Shown: positions 8,124 to 16,977 of the stretch, piece by piece
Layout of the letters: every line of letters starts with the position of its first letter
Position numbering within the stretch: the stretch's first letter is position 1
DNA from: Candidatus Micrarchaeota archaeon
GTDB taxonomy: Archaea > Micrarchaeota > Micrarchaeia > Anstonellales > Anstonellaceae
Length of the DNA stretch: 64,000 nt
Assembly (NCBI GenBank): GCA_026414185.1
Contig: JAOAJL010000002.1
Location: 11,075-75,074, forward strand
Direction of reading: 5' to 3'
Translations under genes and position numbers: made by a program
Notes under the pieces: generated by a model
The model's input: only the letters and a program-made list of their open reading frames with translations
What the model was told of the DNA's origin: nothing
Database searches by the model: none

Positions 8124-9311
8124 TTAAATACCTGCCTGCCTTCGCAGAAGCTCTGCCTTGTCGGTCCTTTCCCAGCTGAACTGCGGCTCCTCCCTCCCAA
8201 AATGCCCATAGCAGGCGGTCTTGCGGTAGATTGGGCGGCGAAGCTTGAGGTCTGCGATTATCTGCCCCACTTTGAGCCTGAAGTTCCTTTTCACAAGCTC
8301 AAGGAGCTTTCTTTCCTCTATCTTGCCCGTACCGAAAGTGTTTATGAAGATGGAAACAGGCTCTGCCCTGCCGATGACGTAGGCAAGCTGGACCTCGCAG
8401 CGCTCTGCCAGCCCTGCCGCCACGATGTTCTTCGCGATATAGCGTGCCATGTATGAGGCGGAGCGGTCCACTTTTGTCGGGTCTTTGCCTGAAAAGCAGC
8501 CGCCGCCGTGTCCGCAGACGCCTCCATATGTGTCAACTATGACCTTCCTTCCAGTCATGCCTGTGTCTGCCGCAGGGCCACCAAGCACGAAGCGCCCCGT
8601 CCCATTGACCACCACTTCGGTTTCCTCTGTGAAATACCTGCCCAGGACAGGCTTGATTAGCTTTTCAGTCAAGTCCTCCCTTATTTTCTCCGGCGTAATC
8701 CTCTTTCCGCCCCACTGCTCCTCATGCTGGGCGGCAATCACCACCGTGGTGACCCGCAGGGGCTTTCCATCCTCGTCGTATTCCACAGTCACCTGTGTTT
8801 TTCCGTCCGGGCGGAGATATGGTATGCTCTTGGTCTTTCTTGCCTGCGCCATCCCGTATGCAAGCTTGTGCGCAAGGGAGATGGGCAGGGGCATAAGCTC
8901 AGGCGTCTCCCGGCAGGCATAGCCAAACATTATCCCCTGGTCTCCAGCGCCTATGTTTTCCAAATCATCCTCCCTTACCCCCATGGCTATGTCCGGTGCC
9001 TGCGAATGTATTGAGACGAGAACTCCGCACCCCTCCGAGTCAAAGTGATATTCCGGCTTGTCGTAGCCTATCTCCGCAATCACCCTGCGCACTATGCCCT
9101 CAATGTCGGCATAGCCCTTCGTGGTGACCTCGCCAGCCACAACCACAAGCCCCGTGGTTGCAAGAGCCTCAACTGCCACATGCGCATGCTCATCCTGCTC
9201 TATGAGATTGTCCAAGATGGCATCTGAAATCTGGTCGCAGATTTTGTCAGGGTGGCCCTCTGTGACCGACTCTGATGTGAAAAGATATCTCCCCTTGCCC
9301 ATAAGCACCAC
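8124..9311 (-). CDS. metK: S-adenosylmethionine synthetase, bacterial/eukaryotic (MetK) type
   Basis: [36 protein letters not shown] and other canonical MetK blocks. GTG at 9311 or ATG at 9302. Confidence 0.9.
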   Translation of the reverse strand: MVLMGKGRYLFTSESVTEGHPDKICDQISDAILDNLIEQDEHAHVAVEALATTGLVVVAGEVTTKGYADIEGIVRRVIAEIGYDKPEYHFDSEGCGVLVSIHSQAPDIAMGVREDDLENIGAGDQGIMFGYACRETPELMPLPISLAHKLAYGMAQARKTKSIPYLRPDGKTQVTVEYDEDGKPLRVTTVVIAAQHEEQWGGKRITPEKIREDLTEKLIKPVLGRYFTEETEVVVNGTGRFVLGGPAADTGMTGRKVIVDTYGGVCGHGGGCFSGKDPTKVDRSASYMARYIAKNIVAAGLAERCEVQLAYVIGRAEPVSIFINTFGTGKIEERKLLELVKRNFRLKVGQIIADLKLRRPIYRKTACYGHFGREEPQFSWERTDKAELLRRQAGI

Positions 9312-9406
9312 CGAGCACCTATGCTTGCCCCTTTATTATAATATTTTCTGAGATTTTTATTCCAAAAAGAATATCACGCAAAGAAGGCAGAAAGCCTCTG
9401 GCGGAT

Positions 9407-11104
9407 ATGGCAGGCATATTTTTAAAGTGGTCATACATACTAATAAGTGGGTGGATTATGGCATTCGTCATCTTCCCCACAAAGTCCGCCGTCAAAAGCG
9501 TCGGGCAGGCGCTTCATCTGGCGCTCAACGAAGCTGGCTTCGGGCAGGCGCTTTTCGCAACCTACGCCGACCGCTACTCAAAGAATGGCGCAGGAAGCCT
9601 TTATGTCTACAACCGCGCGATTGAAAGAAACAACATCGACCAAAACAGCAAGTCCAACTATTTTGTCTGCGTGCTTCATGAGGGCAACACAATCCGCGCC
9701 TTCATGACAAACCCCTCCGAGTCCCGCGAGGCAGGCAACTTTGACTTTGACAGGTATGAAGTCACCTTCACCTTCAAGGGCGGCTCAGGCGAAAAATTCG
9801 CCGCAGACGTGGTGCAATCCGCAAAGGCGCTCTCCTCCCTCAAGCCGGAAAACTCCTACCGCATAATAATCCACACGCACCTTGGGCAGCTTTCAGGGAT
9901 TTCCCTCAACAGCGGCGGCTCGGCAATGTCTGACGACGGGGTTTCTTCCGACAAGGCGCTTCTTCTGAACCTCATATACCACAACGTTGACTTCTGCGCG
10001 CTGACAAGCCACAACCACTTCCTTTATGGCGCATGGAACTCCTTCAACTACGAGGCGAAAAAATACGGCATACAGCTCATTGCCGGCTTTGAGGCGACAC
10101 TCCCCATCCACCAGTTTGAGCCATGGCTTTCCGGCACCGACGAGGGAAAGGTGCACAACCCCAACGGACCGCACGTAGTCCTTCTTTTCAGATGCCCCGA
10201 AACTGCGCAGGAATTCTGGAAGTGGTTTTTCAAGAAAAGGGGCACCTACAAATACGCGCCAAACGCATCGGAATTCGTGGAGCTCGCCAAGATATACGAC
10301 ATCATTGAGCAGCACTATTCCGATTCAGTAGCCCGCCTGATTGCCCATCCTGCCTGCGATGTGGACCTGCCTGATGTGGGCATCATCAACAGGGCGGCAA
10401 AAGGGGAGATTTCCTGGGCAGAGGTTGAGGGTTTCCTTGCTCGCTCGCAGGCGATAGGCATTTTCAACACCGTGCTTGACGAGGGAGAGCTTGATTTTGA
10501 CGCCTACAGAAGGCAGGTTAAGCAATGCGCCTTCTTTTCAGAGGCTGAAAAGGAGCGCAGACTCAAAAACATGGAGCAGACGGAAGTGAAAATCCGCGCC
10601 ATGGTCTTCAAGCACCTTGGAAGTCCAAAGCTGACCCCCAACAACATCAACATGGCGCTTGCCAAGGAATACTGCGGAAGGTTCAGCATCCTGCCATACG
10701 TTGATACCGACGCGCACAACTTCAACTGGCTTTACAGCAAAATCGGACCGTTTTTCATCCGGATAAAGGACATGGGGCTGATTGGCAGGGGGCACAACCG
10801 GCTCTGGCTGCCTTCTCTTCCGAGGACAAAGCCAACCGCAGAAGACATAGTTAGGTTCATGATAACCCCAATCCATTTGCCGAATGCCGAGTGGAAGGCG
10901 CAGCTTTTTTCCGAGATGAGGGATGGCAAGGTGCAGATAACGCAGGCGCGCCAGGACATCTCCTGGTTCCAAAAGGCGCTTGACGGCATAGAGAAGGCTT
11001 ATTACTATCTCAAGCAGGGCAAGGTGCTGCTGGAAGACACCATAAACTCAAGCAAGAGCCAGTCGCAGATACACATAAACTCCGGGCGAGGCTCAATACC
11101 CTAA
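9407..11104 (+). CDS. PHP-domain (polymerase/histidinol-phosphatase-like) metal-dependent phosphoesterase with uncharacterised N- and C-terminal extensions
   Basis: Ordered PHP-like motifs IIHTHLG, ALTSHNHF, IAGFEATL, PHVVLL, LIAHPA and YVDTDAHNF. About 140 aa N-terminal and about 120 aa C-terminal regions are without recognisable motifs. The start may be ATG 9458. Confidence 0.6.
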   Translation: MAGIFLKWSYILISGWIMAFVIFPTKSAVKSVGQALHLALNEAGFGQALFATYADRYSKNGAGSLYVYNRAIERNNIDQNSKSNYFVCVLHEGNTIRAFMTNPSESREAGNFDFDRYEVTFTFKGGSGEKFAADVVQSAKALSSLKPENSYRIIIHTHLGQLSGISLNSGGSAMSDDGVSSDKALLLNLIYHNVDFCALTSHNHFLYGAWNSFNYEAKKYGIQLIAGFEATLPIHQFEPWLSGTDEGKVHNPNGPHVVLLFRCPETAQEFWKWFFKKRGTYKYAPNASEFVELAKIYDIIEQHYSDSVARLIAHPACDVDLPDVGIINRAAKGEISWAEVEGFLARSQAIGIFNTVLDEGELDFDAYRRQVKQCAFFSEAEKERRLKNMEQTEVKIRAMVFKHLGSPKLTPNNINMALAKEYCGRFSILPYVDTDAHNFNWLYSKIGPFFIRIKDMGLIGRGHNRLWLPSLPRTKPTAEDIVRFMITPIHLPNAEWKAQLFSEMRDGKVQITQARQDISWFQKALDGIEKAYYYLKQGKVLLEDTINSSKSQSQIHINSGRGSIP

Positions 11105-11149
11105 AGCCATTCCGCACTCTTCTTAACTCTTTTCCCCTCTATTTCTCCC

Positions 11150-11223
11150 GCCCTCGTGGTATAACTTGGATAGCATGCGAGCTTGCGGAGCTTGAGATCA
11201 GGGTTCAAATCCCTGCGAGGGCG
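11150..11223 (+). tRNA. tRNA-Arg (anticodon GCG), no intron
   Basis: Hand-folded. Acceptor GCCCTCG/CGAGGGC, anticodon arm CGAGC-TTGCGGA-GCTTG, T arm CAGGG-TTCAAAT-CCCTG, discriminator G. The D stem has one A:C mismatch. Confidence 0.85.
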
Positions 11224-11270
11224 CTTAATATGATGTTGAACGCCCAAGTTCCGCAAAAGAGGTGTTGCCA

Positions 11271-11336
11271 ATGAGAAAGGGGAAAAGGTCTGCGACAAGA
11301 AGGCAATCAAGAAAGCGCGCAAGGGGCAATCAATAG
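11271..11336 (+). CDS. possible 21-aa highly basic micro-ORF (MRKGKRSATRRQSRKRARGNQ) upstream of crtB
   Basis: ATG lies 6 nt after an AAGAGGTG Shine-Dalgarno-like motif (11257-11264). Its TAG stop overlaps the GTG at 11336 of crtB (TAGTG). Confidence 0.25.
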   Translation: MRKGKRSATRRQSRKRARGNQ

Positions 11337-12163
11337 TGATTGGGATGCAGGCATCAGAGTCGGATTTCCAGCGCTGCAAGGAGGTGCTGTCCAAAAGCTC
11401 AAGCACCTTTTTTCTCGCATCGCGCATGCTTCCTGCGCAGCAAAAGCAGGCATTCTGGGCAGTCTATGCCTTCTGCCGAGCCACTGACGACATAGCGGAC
11501 GAGGGCGACTTTGGCAGGCAGCAGCGCGCAAGGATGCTTGCGGAGTGGAAGCAGGATTTGCTTTCCGCCCTTGCCGGAAAAAGAAGCGCCTCTGCGGTAA
11601 TCCGCGCTTTTTCAGACACAATGCGCGCCTATGGAATCCCAGTTTCCCTCCCCATGCAGCTGATTGAGGGGGTTTCCATGGACATAAGCCGCACCCGCTT
11701 CCATTCTTTCAGGAAGCTGCGCCGCTACTGCTACTGCGTCGCATCTGTCGTAGGGCTTATGCTGCTTTATGTCATGGGCGTCAAGAGCAGGCGCGCCCAG
11801 CGCTATGCCATTTCCCTGGGGATTGCCATGCAGCTCACCAACATCCTGCGCGACATATCCGAGGATTTGGCATCAGGAAGGCTCTATCTCCCCCTCTCCG
11901 AGCTTTCCGCCTTCGGGCTCAAGCCCTCCGACATAGGCAGGAAGATGGGGCGACGCAAGCTTGAAAGCTTCAGGCGATTCATGCGCTTCCAGATAAGGCG
12001 CGCACGCCACTACTACTCGCAGGCGCTTTTTGGCATAAGGCTCCTTCCGAAAAAGCTCCAGGCGGCAATTTCCTCCGCCGCATTGCTTTACCTGCGCATA
12101 CTTGACGACATAGAAACGCGCGGCTTTGACGTCTTTTCCGGCGGGCTGGCAGGAAGAGAGTAG
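11336..12163 (+). CDS. crtB: phytoene synthase
   Basis: YAFCRATDDIADE and NILRDISEDLASGRLYLP Asp-rich motifs of the squalene/phytoene synthase family. Alternative ATG at 11345. Confidence 0.85.
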   Translation: MIGMQASESDFQRCKEVLSKSSSTFFLASRMLPAQQKQAFWAVYAFCRATDDIADEGDFGRQQRARMLAEWKQDLLSALAGKRSASAVIRAFSDTMRAYGIPVSLPMQLIEGVSMDISRTRFHSFRKLRRYCYCVASVVGLMLLYVMGVKSRRAQRYAISLGIAMQLTNILRDISEDLASGRLYLPLSELSAFGLKPSDIGRKMGRRKLESFRRFMRFQIRRARHYYSQALFGIRLLPKKLQAAISSAALLYLRILDDIETRGFDVFSGGLAGRE

Positions 12164-12169
12164 CCTGGG

Positions 12170-12448
12170 CTAGCGCCTGCCTTGTGCTTCCCACGAAACC
12201 ACGGTTGCAAGCGCCAGGGCAAGCCCAAAAAGCAGGTTCTCAAGCGGTATTGTAGGGACGGCAATCCCCAGCGTGTGCGAGAAGTCAAAAACCCACAAGC
12301 CCTGCGCAGTCATCAGGTTGTCAAATACAAGCTGGAAGAAAAGCGCCGCTGCCGCAAGCGCCGCAAGCGGCTTTGGCGCAAGCCTTGCGCGCACGGCAAG
12401 GAAGGCGGCAGCAGCAAGCGCCCCCACAGCCATCAACGTGTATTGCAT
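12170..12448 (-). CDS. lycopene cyclase domain protein (one half of a heterodimeric CrtYc/CrtYd-type cyclase)
   Basis: About 92 aa, 3 predicted TM helices, IPLENLLFGLAL (PxE(E/N) motif). I use ATG 12448 (MQYTLMAVG), which overlaps the upstream half by 16 nt. Confidence 0.7.
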   Translation of the reverse strand: MQYTLMAVGALAAAAFLAVRARLAPKPLAALAAAALFFQLVFDNLMTAQGLWVFDFSHTLGIAVPTIPLENLLFGLALALATVVSWEAQGRR

Positions 12449-12744
12449 GCAACCACTTTCTTGGCAGTTTCCCAAACCACGACGTAAAAAAGCGGTATGA
12501 CGACAAAGAAGGCAAGCTCCTCAAGCGGCTGGTTGTAAATCACCGCGCCTGCCATGTGCTCCAGCCCGAACCTCCAGTGCCCAAGCTCCACAGCGGCAAC
12601 GTCCCAAAGGACAAAAACGGCAAAAACAGGAAGAAGCGAGAGGAAAAAGCGGCGGGCATCAATTTTCACAGAGGCAACCCTGGCAATGAAAATGGAAGAC
12701 AGCAGCACCGCCAGAAGATAGGCAGAGTAATACCACCAAGCCAT
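12433..12744 (-). CDS. lycopene cyclase domain protein (second half of heterodimeric cyclase)
   Basis: I start at ATG 12744 (MAWWYYSAYLL...), preceded by GGGGGAGG and lying 11 nt after the crtI stop. QPLEELAFFVVIP motif. The longer track ORF (to 12948) would overlap crtI. Confidence 0.7.
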   Translation of the reverse strand: MAWWYYSAYLLAVLLSSIFIARVASVKIDARRFFLSLLPVFAVFVLWDVAAVELGHWRFGLEHMAGAVIYNQPLEELAFFVVIPLFYVVVWETAKKVVACNTR

Positions 12745-12754
12745 AAGCCTCCCC

Positions 12755-14233
12755 CTAAATCCCGTAGTCCTTGGCAAGCCTCCTCTCCAGAAGCTCGGCG
12801 GACATAAGCACAATCGGTATGCCCCCGCCTGGGTGCGTGCTTGCCCCGACAAAATAAAGATTGCGGATGCGCCGGTCCTTGTTGGGCGGCCTGAAGCCTG
12901 CCGACTGGAAAAGCGACGGGGAAAGGCCGAAAGTTGCTCCATCCTCAACGTTGAAGGAAGCCTTCCAGTCTTCCGGAGTGAAAACCTTCTCCATCACAAT
13001 GCGCTTTTCCAAATCCGAAATTCCGTGCGAGGAGAGCCTCTCCAGCACCGCCTTCCTCACCTTTGGCGCCTCATCCTTCCAGCTTATCGCTGAGGCGGTG
13101 TTTGGCACCGGCACAAGCACATAAAGCACGCTTTTTCCAGCCGGGGCAAGCGAGGGGTCGTGGGCGCAGGGGTTGGCTACATAAATTCCCGGCTTTTGCG
13201 GCATGACTCGCCTGTCAAATATGTCCTCAAAGGTCTTCAGGTACTCATCAGGGAGGAAAAAGGAGTGGTGCGGAAGCCCAACCTTCCCCTCAATCCCCCA
13301 GTAGAACATCAGCGCGGAGCAGGATTTTTTCAAAGCCCGCACCTTGCTGTCTGGGAAGTGGGGGCGGTTCGCCTCGCTTATCAGATGAAGGTAGGTGTAG
13401 GGCAGGTCGGCGTTGGATATGACCGCATCCGCCTCCACAACAGTGCCGTCCGAAAGCAGAAGCCCACTTGCCGAGCCATCCTTGACAATTATCCTCTGCA
13501 CCGCCTTTCCGCAGTTTATCCTCACCCCAAGCTCCAAGCAGAGCTTTTCAAGCGCCTCTGCTATGGAGTAAAGCCCCCCTTTGGGATACCAAACTCCCTC
13601 TGTGAATTCAACGTATGGTATGAGCCCGTATACGGCAGGCAGCCTGGTTGGCGCAGCGCCTATGTAAACCGACTGAAGCGAAAAGGCTATCCGCACGCGC
13701 GGGTCTGAAAAGTAATCCCCGGTCTTTGAATAAAGGTCCCTCAGCGCCCCACCTGAAAGGAGGGAAATTATGCCCCGCGGAGTGAGCATGTCAAGAGGCG
13801 AGTCAAAATTTTTCATTATAAACTCGCGCATGGCTATCTCATAGTATCTCCGGTAGTCTGCCAGCCAGCGCGAATATCCTGCCTCGCCGTTGCGCTCAAT
13901 TCTGCCTATCTCTTCAATCATCTCCATGGTTTTCGTTGAAGGCGCAATCTGGGAGCCGTCCTCAAAGTAGATGCGATAAACCGGCTCAAGCTTGGCAAGC
14001 TTCAGGTAGTCTTCGGCGTTTCTCCCAATGTCGGAAAAGAAGCGCCTCAGCACATGCGGCATCAAAAGCAGGGTTGGCCCTGTATCCACTCTGAAATTGT
14101 CCTTTTGGAAATTTGAAAGCCGCCCCCCAACCCTGCCGTTTTTTTCGTAAATCTCCACCCGGACGCCGCGCCTGGCAAGCCTGCAGGCGGACGCCATCCC
14201 GCCAACCCCAGCCCCGATGACTGCTATTTTCAC
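12755..14233 (-). CDS. crtI: phytoene desaturase (CrtI family FAD-dependent oxidoreductase)
   Basis: KIAVIGAGVGGMASACRLARRGVRVEIYEKN dinucleotide-binding fold. I prefer GTG 14233, preceded by GAAGGTGAG. The track ORF extends to 14284. Confidence 0.85.
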   Translation of the reverse strand: MKIAVIGAGVGGMASACRLARRGVRVEIYEKNGRVGGRLSNFQKDNFRVDTGPTLLLMPHVLRRFFSDIGRNAEDYLKLAKLEPVYRIYFEDGSQIAPSTKTMEMIEEIGRIERNGEAGYSRWLADYRRYYEIAMREFIMKNFDSPLDMLTPRGIISLLSGGALRDLYSKTGDYFSDPRVRIAFSLQSVYIGAAPTRLPAVYGLIPYVEFTEGVWYPKGGLYSIAEALEKLCLELGVRINCGKAVQRIIVKDGSASGLLLSDGTVVEADAVISNADLPYTYLHLISEANRPHFPDSKVRALKKSCSALMFYWGIEGKVGLPHHSFFLPDEYLKTFEDIFDRRVMPQKPGIYVANPCAHDPSLAPAGKSVLYVLVPVPNTASAISWKDEAPKVRKAVLERLSSHGISDLEKRIVMEKVFTPEDWKASFNVEDGATFGLSPSLFQSAGFRPPNKDRRIRNLYFVGASTHPGGGIPIVLMSAELLERRLAKDYGI

Positions 14234-14342
14234 CTGCTCACCTTCCTCACGCCATTTGACGAACGTTTTATTTATTAAGCTCATCTACGAATGCTTCGCA
14301 GGCGACCAATCCCGCGCGGCTCGGCGCACAGGCGTGTTGGAA

Positions 14343-16106
14343 ATGGCAATCATCAACAGGCTCAACTGCAAGATAGGCGGACCTGCTGGGACAGGCGTAA
14401 TGACGATGGGTGCTCTGTTTGCCAAGTGCCTCCAGAGAGCGGGCCTTGAAGTGGTGGGCACAAACGACTACCCGTCGCTTATCAAGGGCGGGCACAACAC
14501 CTACAAGATAAGGGCGGCGCCTGAGCCGATAAGCGCCATCGTTGGCAAATACGACCTTCTGCTTGCCCTTGACCGCCTCACAGTAGAGCTCCACTGGGAA
14601 GAGCTTGTGGAAGGCGGGGCGGTAATATACGACTCTGACCATGTGAAAGAGCCATCAAGCCTGATCGGGCGCAGCGACATCGTGCTCATCGGCGCTCCGC
14701 TTACACAGATGGCATCTGCCGCAGGCGGGGAGATAATGTTCAATACAGTGGCGCTTGGCGCCGCCATGGGCTTGATGCACCTTGATTTTGCCATACTTGA
14801 AAAGCTTCTCAAGTCAATATGGGCAAGAAAGGGCTCAAAGGTGGTGGATGCGAACATAGCAGCCGCACAGGCGGGCTATGACTTTGTGAAGGAGAAAAAC
14901 GGCGCCTTCCGAGTCCAGATAGAGGAGATAAAAGGCAAAAAGCCGAAGATGTTCATCAACGGCAATGAGGCTTGCGTGCTGGGCGCAGTCAAGGCAGGCT
15001 GCAAATTCGTGGCAGAATACCCGATGTCGCCTTCCACCTCCATCCTGCACCTCATGGCTGGGCACGAGCGGGAATACGGCATAGTAGTCAAGCAGACCGA
15101 AGACGAGATTGCGGCGGCAAACATGATTGCAGGGGCAGGCGCGGCAGGCGTGCGCGCGATGACGGCGACCTCTGGAGGCGGCTTTTCGCTGATGGTGGAG
15201 GCGCTTGGGCTTATGGGGATTGCAGAGATACCTGCCGTCATATTTGAATCACAGCGCGCAGGGCCATCCACAGGGCTGCCTACCTACACAGAGCAGGCGG
15301 ACCTGCTTTTCGCGCTTCATGCCTCGCAAGGAGAATTTCCACGCGTGGTTGTCGCCCCGGGAGACCCTCTTGAGTGCTACCTGGAAGCGATAAACGCATT
15401 CAACATAGCAGAGCTTGTCCAGACTCCCGTAATCGTCCTTCTTGACAAATTCCTCTCAGAAACCTCGCTCACCATTGAGGATGTGCGGAGCATACCCGTC
15501 AAGATTGAGCGGGGCAAGCTCATGACTGATGAGCAGATGGAATCCGCAACGGGCTTCAAGCGCTATGCTTTCAGCGAGGACGGGATTTCCCCACGCTGCA
15601 TATTCGGGCAGAAAAATTCCATTCACGTGGCATCAAGCTACGAGCACGATGAAACCGGCTTCACATCAGAAGACCCAAAGATGAGGGTGGCGATGATAAA
15701 CAAGAGGGCAAGGAAGCTCTCAGCAATTCCCGACTACATAATCGCCCCCTCGTTTGCCGGCGCTGGCGAGGATTCCGCCGAGATACTGCTGGTGTGCTGG
15801 GGCTCCACAAAGATGCCGATGCTTGAGGCGCTGAAGCTTTTAGGGCAGCAGGGCATAGCCGCGCGCATGATGCATATCCGCTACGCCTCTCCCTTCCCAG
15901 CAAGGGCGGTGCTCTCAGCACTCACATCAGCGATGCACTCGCACGGCAAGACCGTGATTTTTGAAGGAAATTCCACTGCGCAGATGCGCAGCCTCATATT
16001 CCAAAAGACAGGCTATTACATAGAGAATGCCTACCTGCGCTATGACGCACGGCCATTCAAGGCGGAGGAGATTGCTCAGGCGGCAAGAAAGCATCTTGGA
16101 AGGTAG
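14343..16106 (+). CDS. 2-oxoacid:ferredoxin oxidoreductase, alpha subunit (gamma-alpha fused, two-subunit type)
   Basis: Start at ATG 14343 (MAIINRLNCKIGGPAGTGVMTMGALFAK...) matches the N-termini of Sulfolobus-type OFOR alpha. Followed directly by the beta subunit. Confidence 0.85.
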   Translation: MAIINRLNCKIGGPAGTGVMTMGALFAKCLQRAGLEVVGTNDYPSLIKGGHNTYKIRAAPEPISAIVGKYDLLLALDRLTVELHWEELVEGGAVIYDSDHVKEPSSLIGRSDIVLIGAPLTQMASAAGGEIMFNTVALGAAMGLMHLDFAILEKLLKSIWARKGSKVVDANIAAAQAGYDFVKEKNGAFRVQIEEIKGKKPKMFINGNEACVLGAVKAGCKFVAEYPMSPSTSILHLMAGHEREYGIVVKQTEDEIAAANMIAGAGAAGVRAMTATSGGGFSLMVEALGLMGIAEIPAVIFESQRAGPSTGLPTYTEQADLLFALHASQGEFPRVVVAPGDPLECYLEAINAFNIAELVQTPVIVLLDKFLSETSLTIEDVRSIPVKIERGKLMTDEQMESATGFKRYAFSEDGISPRCIFGQKNSIHVASSYEHDETGFTSEDPKMRVAMINKRARKLSAIPDYIIAPSFAGAGEDSAEILLVCWGSTKMPMLEALKLLGQQGIAARMMHIRYASPFPARAVLSALTSAMHSHGKTVIFEGNSTAQMRSLIFQKTGYYIENAYLRYDARPFKAEEIAQAARKHLGR

Positions 16107-16111
16107 TTTTC

Positions 16112-16966
16112 ATGGTTTCGATTGAACAGCTGAATTCCGGGCATCTTCCAAGCTGGTGCCCTGGCTGCGGAGACTTCGGCATACTAATCGCGCTTAAGGG
16201 GGCGATTGCCAAACTGGGCCTTGAGCCGCACCGGACGGTGGTTGTTTCGGGTGTGGGCTGCGGAAGCAAAATTCCCCACTTCATCAAAACCTGCGGCTTT
16301 GAAAGCCTGCACGGGCGCGCGTTGCCACCCGCAACGGCGATACACCTTGCGAACCACGAGCTTACCGTCATCGCCATAGGAGGCGATGGCGACGGCTGCG
16401 GCATTGGCTTGGGGCATTTCATGCACACGATGCGGCGCAACCTTGACATAACATACATCATACAGGACAACGAAATCTACGGGCTCACCGTCGGGCAGGC
16501 GTCGGCAACGACCAAGAAAGGGACGATAACGAAAAGCACGCCGCACGGAACACCCGAGGATGCGATAAACCCGCCCCTCATAGCCCTCGCAGCAGGGGCG
16601 ACATTCGTGGCGCGCGGATTCTCAGGCGACATCCCGCATCTTACCAGCCTAATCGCGCAGGGCATAGAGCACAGGGGCGTTGCGTTCATAGATGTTTTTC
16701 AGCCCTGCGTGACTTGGAGAAAGGACTTGCCCTATTCTCTTTACCAGCAGAAAATCTACAAGCTTGAGGAGGCTGGGCATGATGTGACTGACTGGGAGGC
16801 GGCGGTGGCGCGCGCGAGGGAAACCGAACGCTGGCCAATAGGCGTTTTCTACAAGGTGCAAAAGCCAATCTACACAGACCAGATTCCATTCCTCAGGGAG
16901 AAGCCCCTGGTAAAAGCGGACATATCAAATGTCAGCATTGACAAGTTCGTAGAGGAATTCCTCTGA
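16112..16966 (+). CDS. 2-oxoacid:ferredoxin oxidoreductase, beta (TPP-binding) subunit
   Basis: WCPGCGDFGIL and IAIGGDGDG TPP/Mg motifs. Lies 5 nt after alpha. Confidence 0.85.
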   Translation: MVSIEQLNSGHLPSWCPGCGDFGILIALKGAIAKLGLEPHRTVVVSGVGCGSKIPHFIKTCGFESLHGRALPPATAIHLANHELTVIAIGGDGDGCGIGLGHFMHTMRRNLDITYIIQDNEIYGLTVGQASATTKKGTITKSTPHGTPEDAINPPLIALAAGATFVARGFSGDIPHLTSLIAQGIEHRGVAFIDVFQPCVTWRKDLPYSLYQQKIYKLEEAGHDVTDWEAAVARARETERWPIGVFYKVQKPIYTDQIPFLREKPLVKADISNVSIDKFVEEFL

Positions 16967-16977
16967 AAGCCGCCTGG

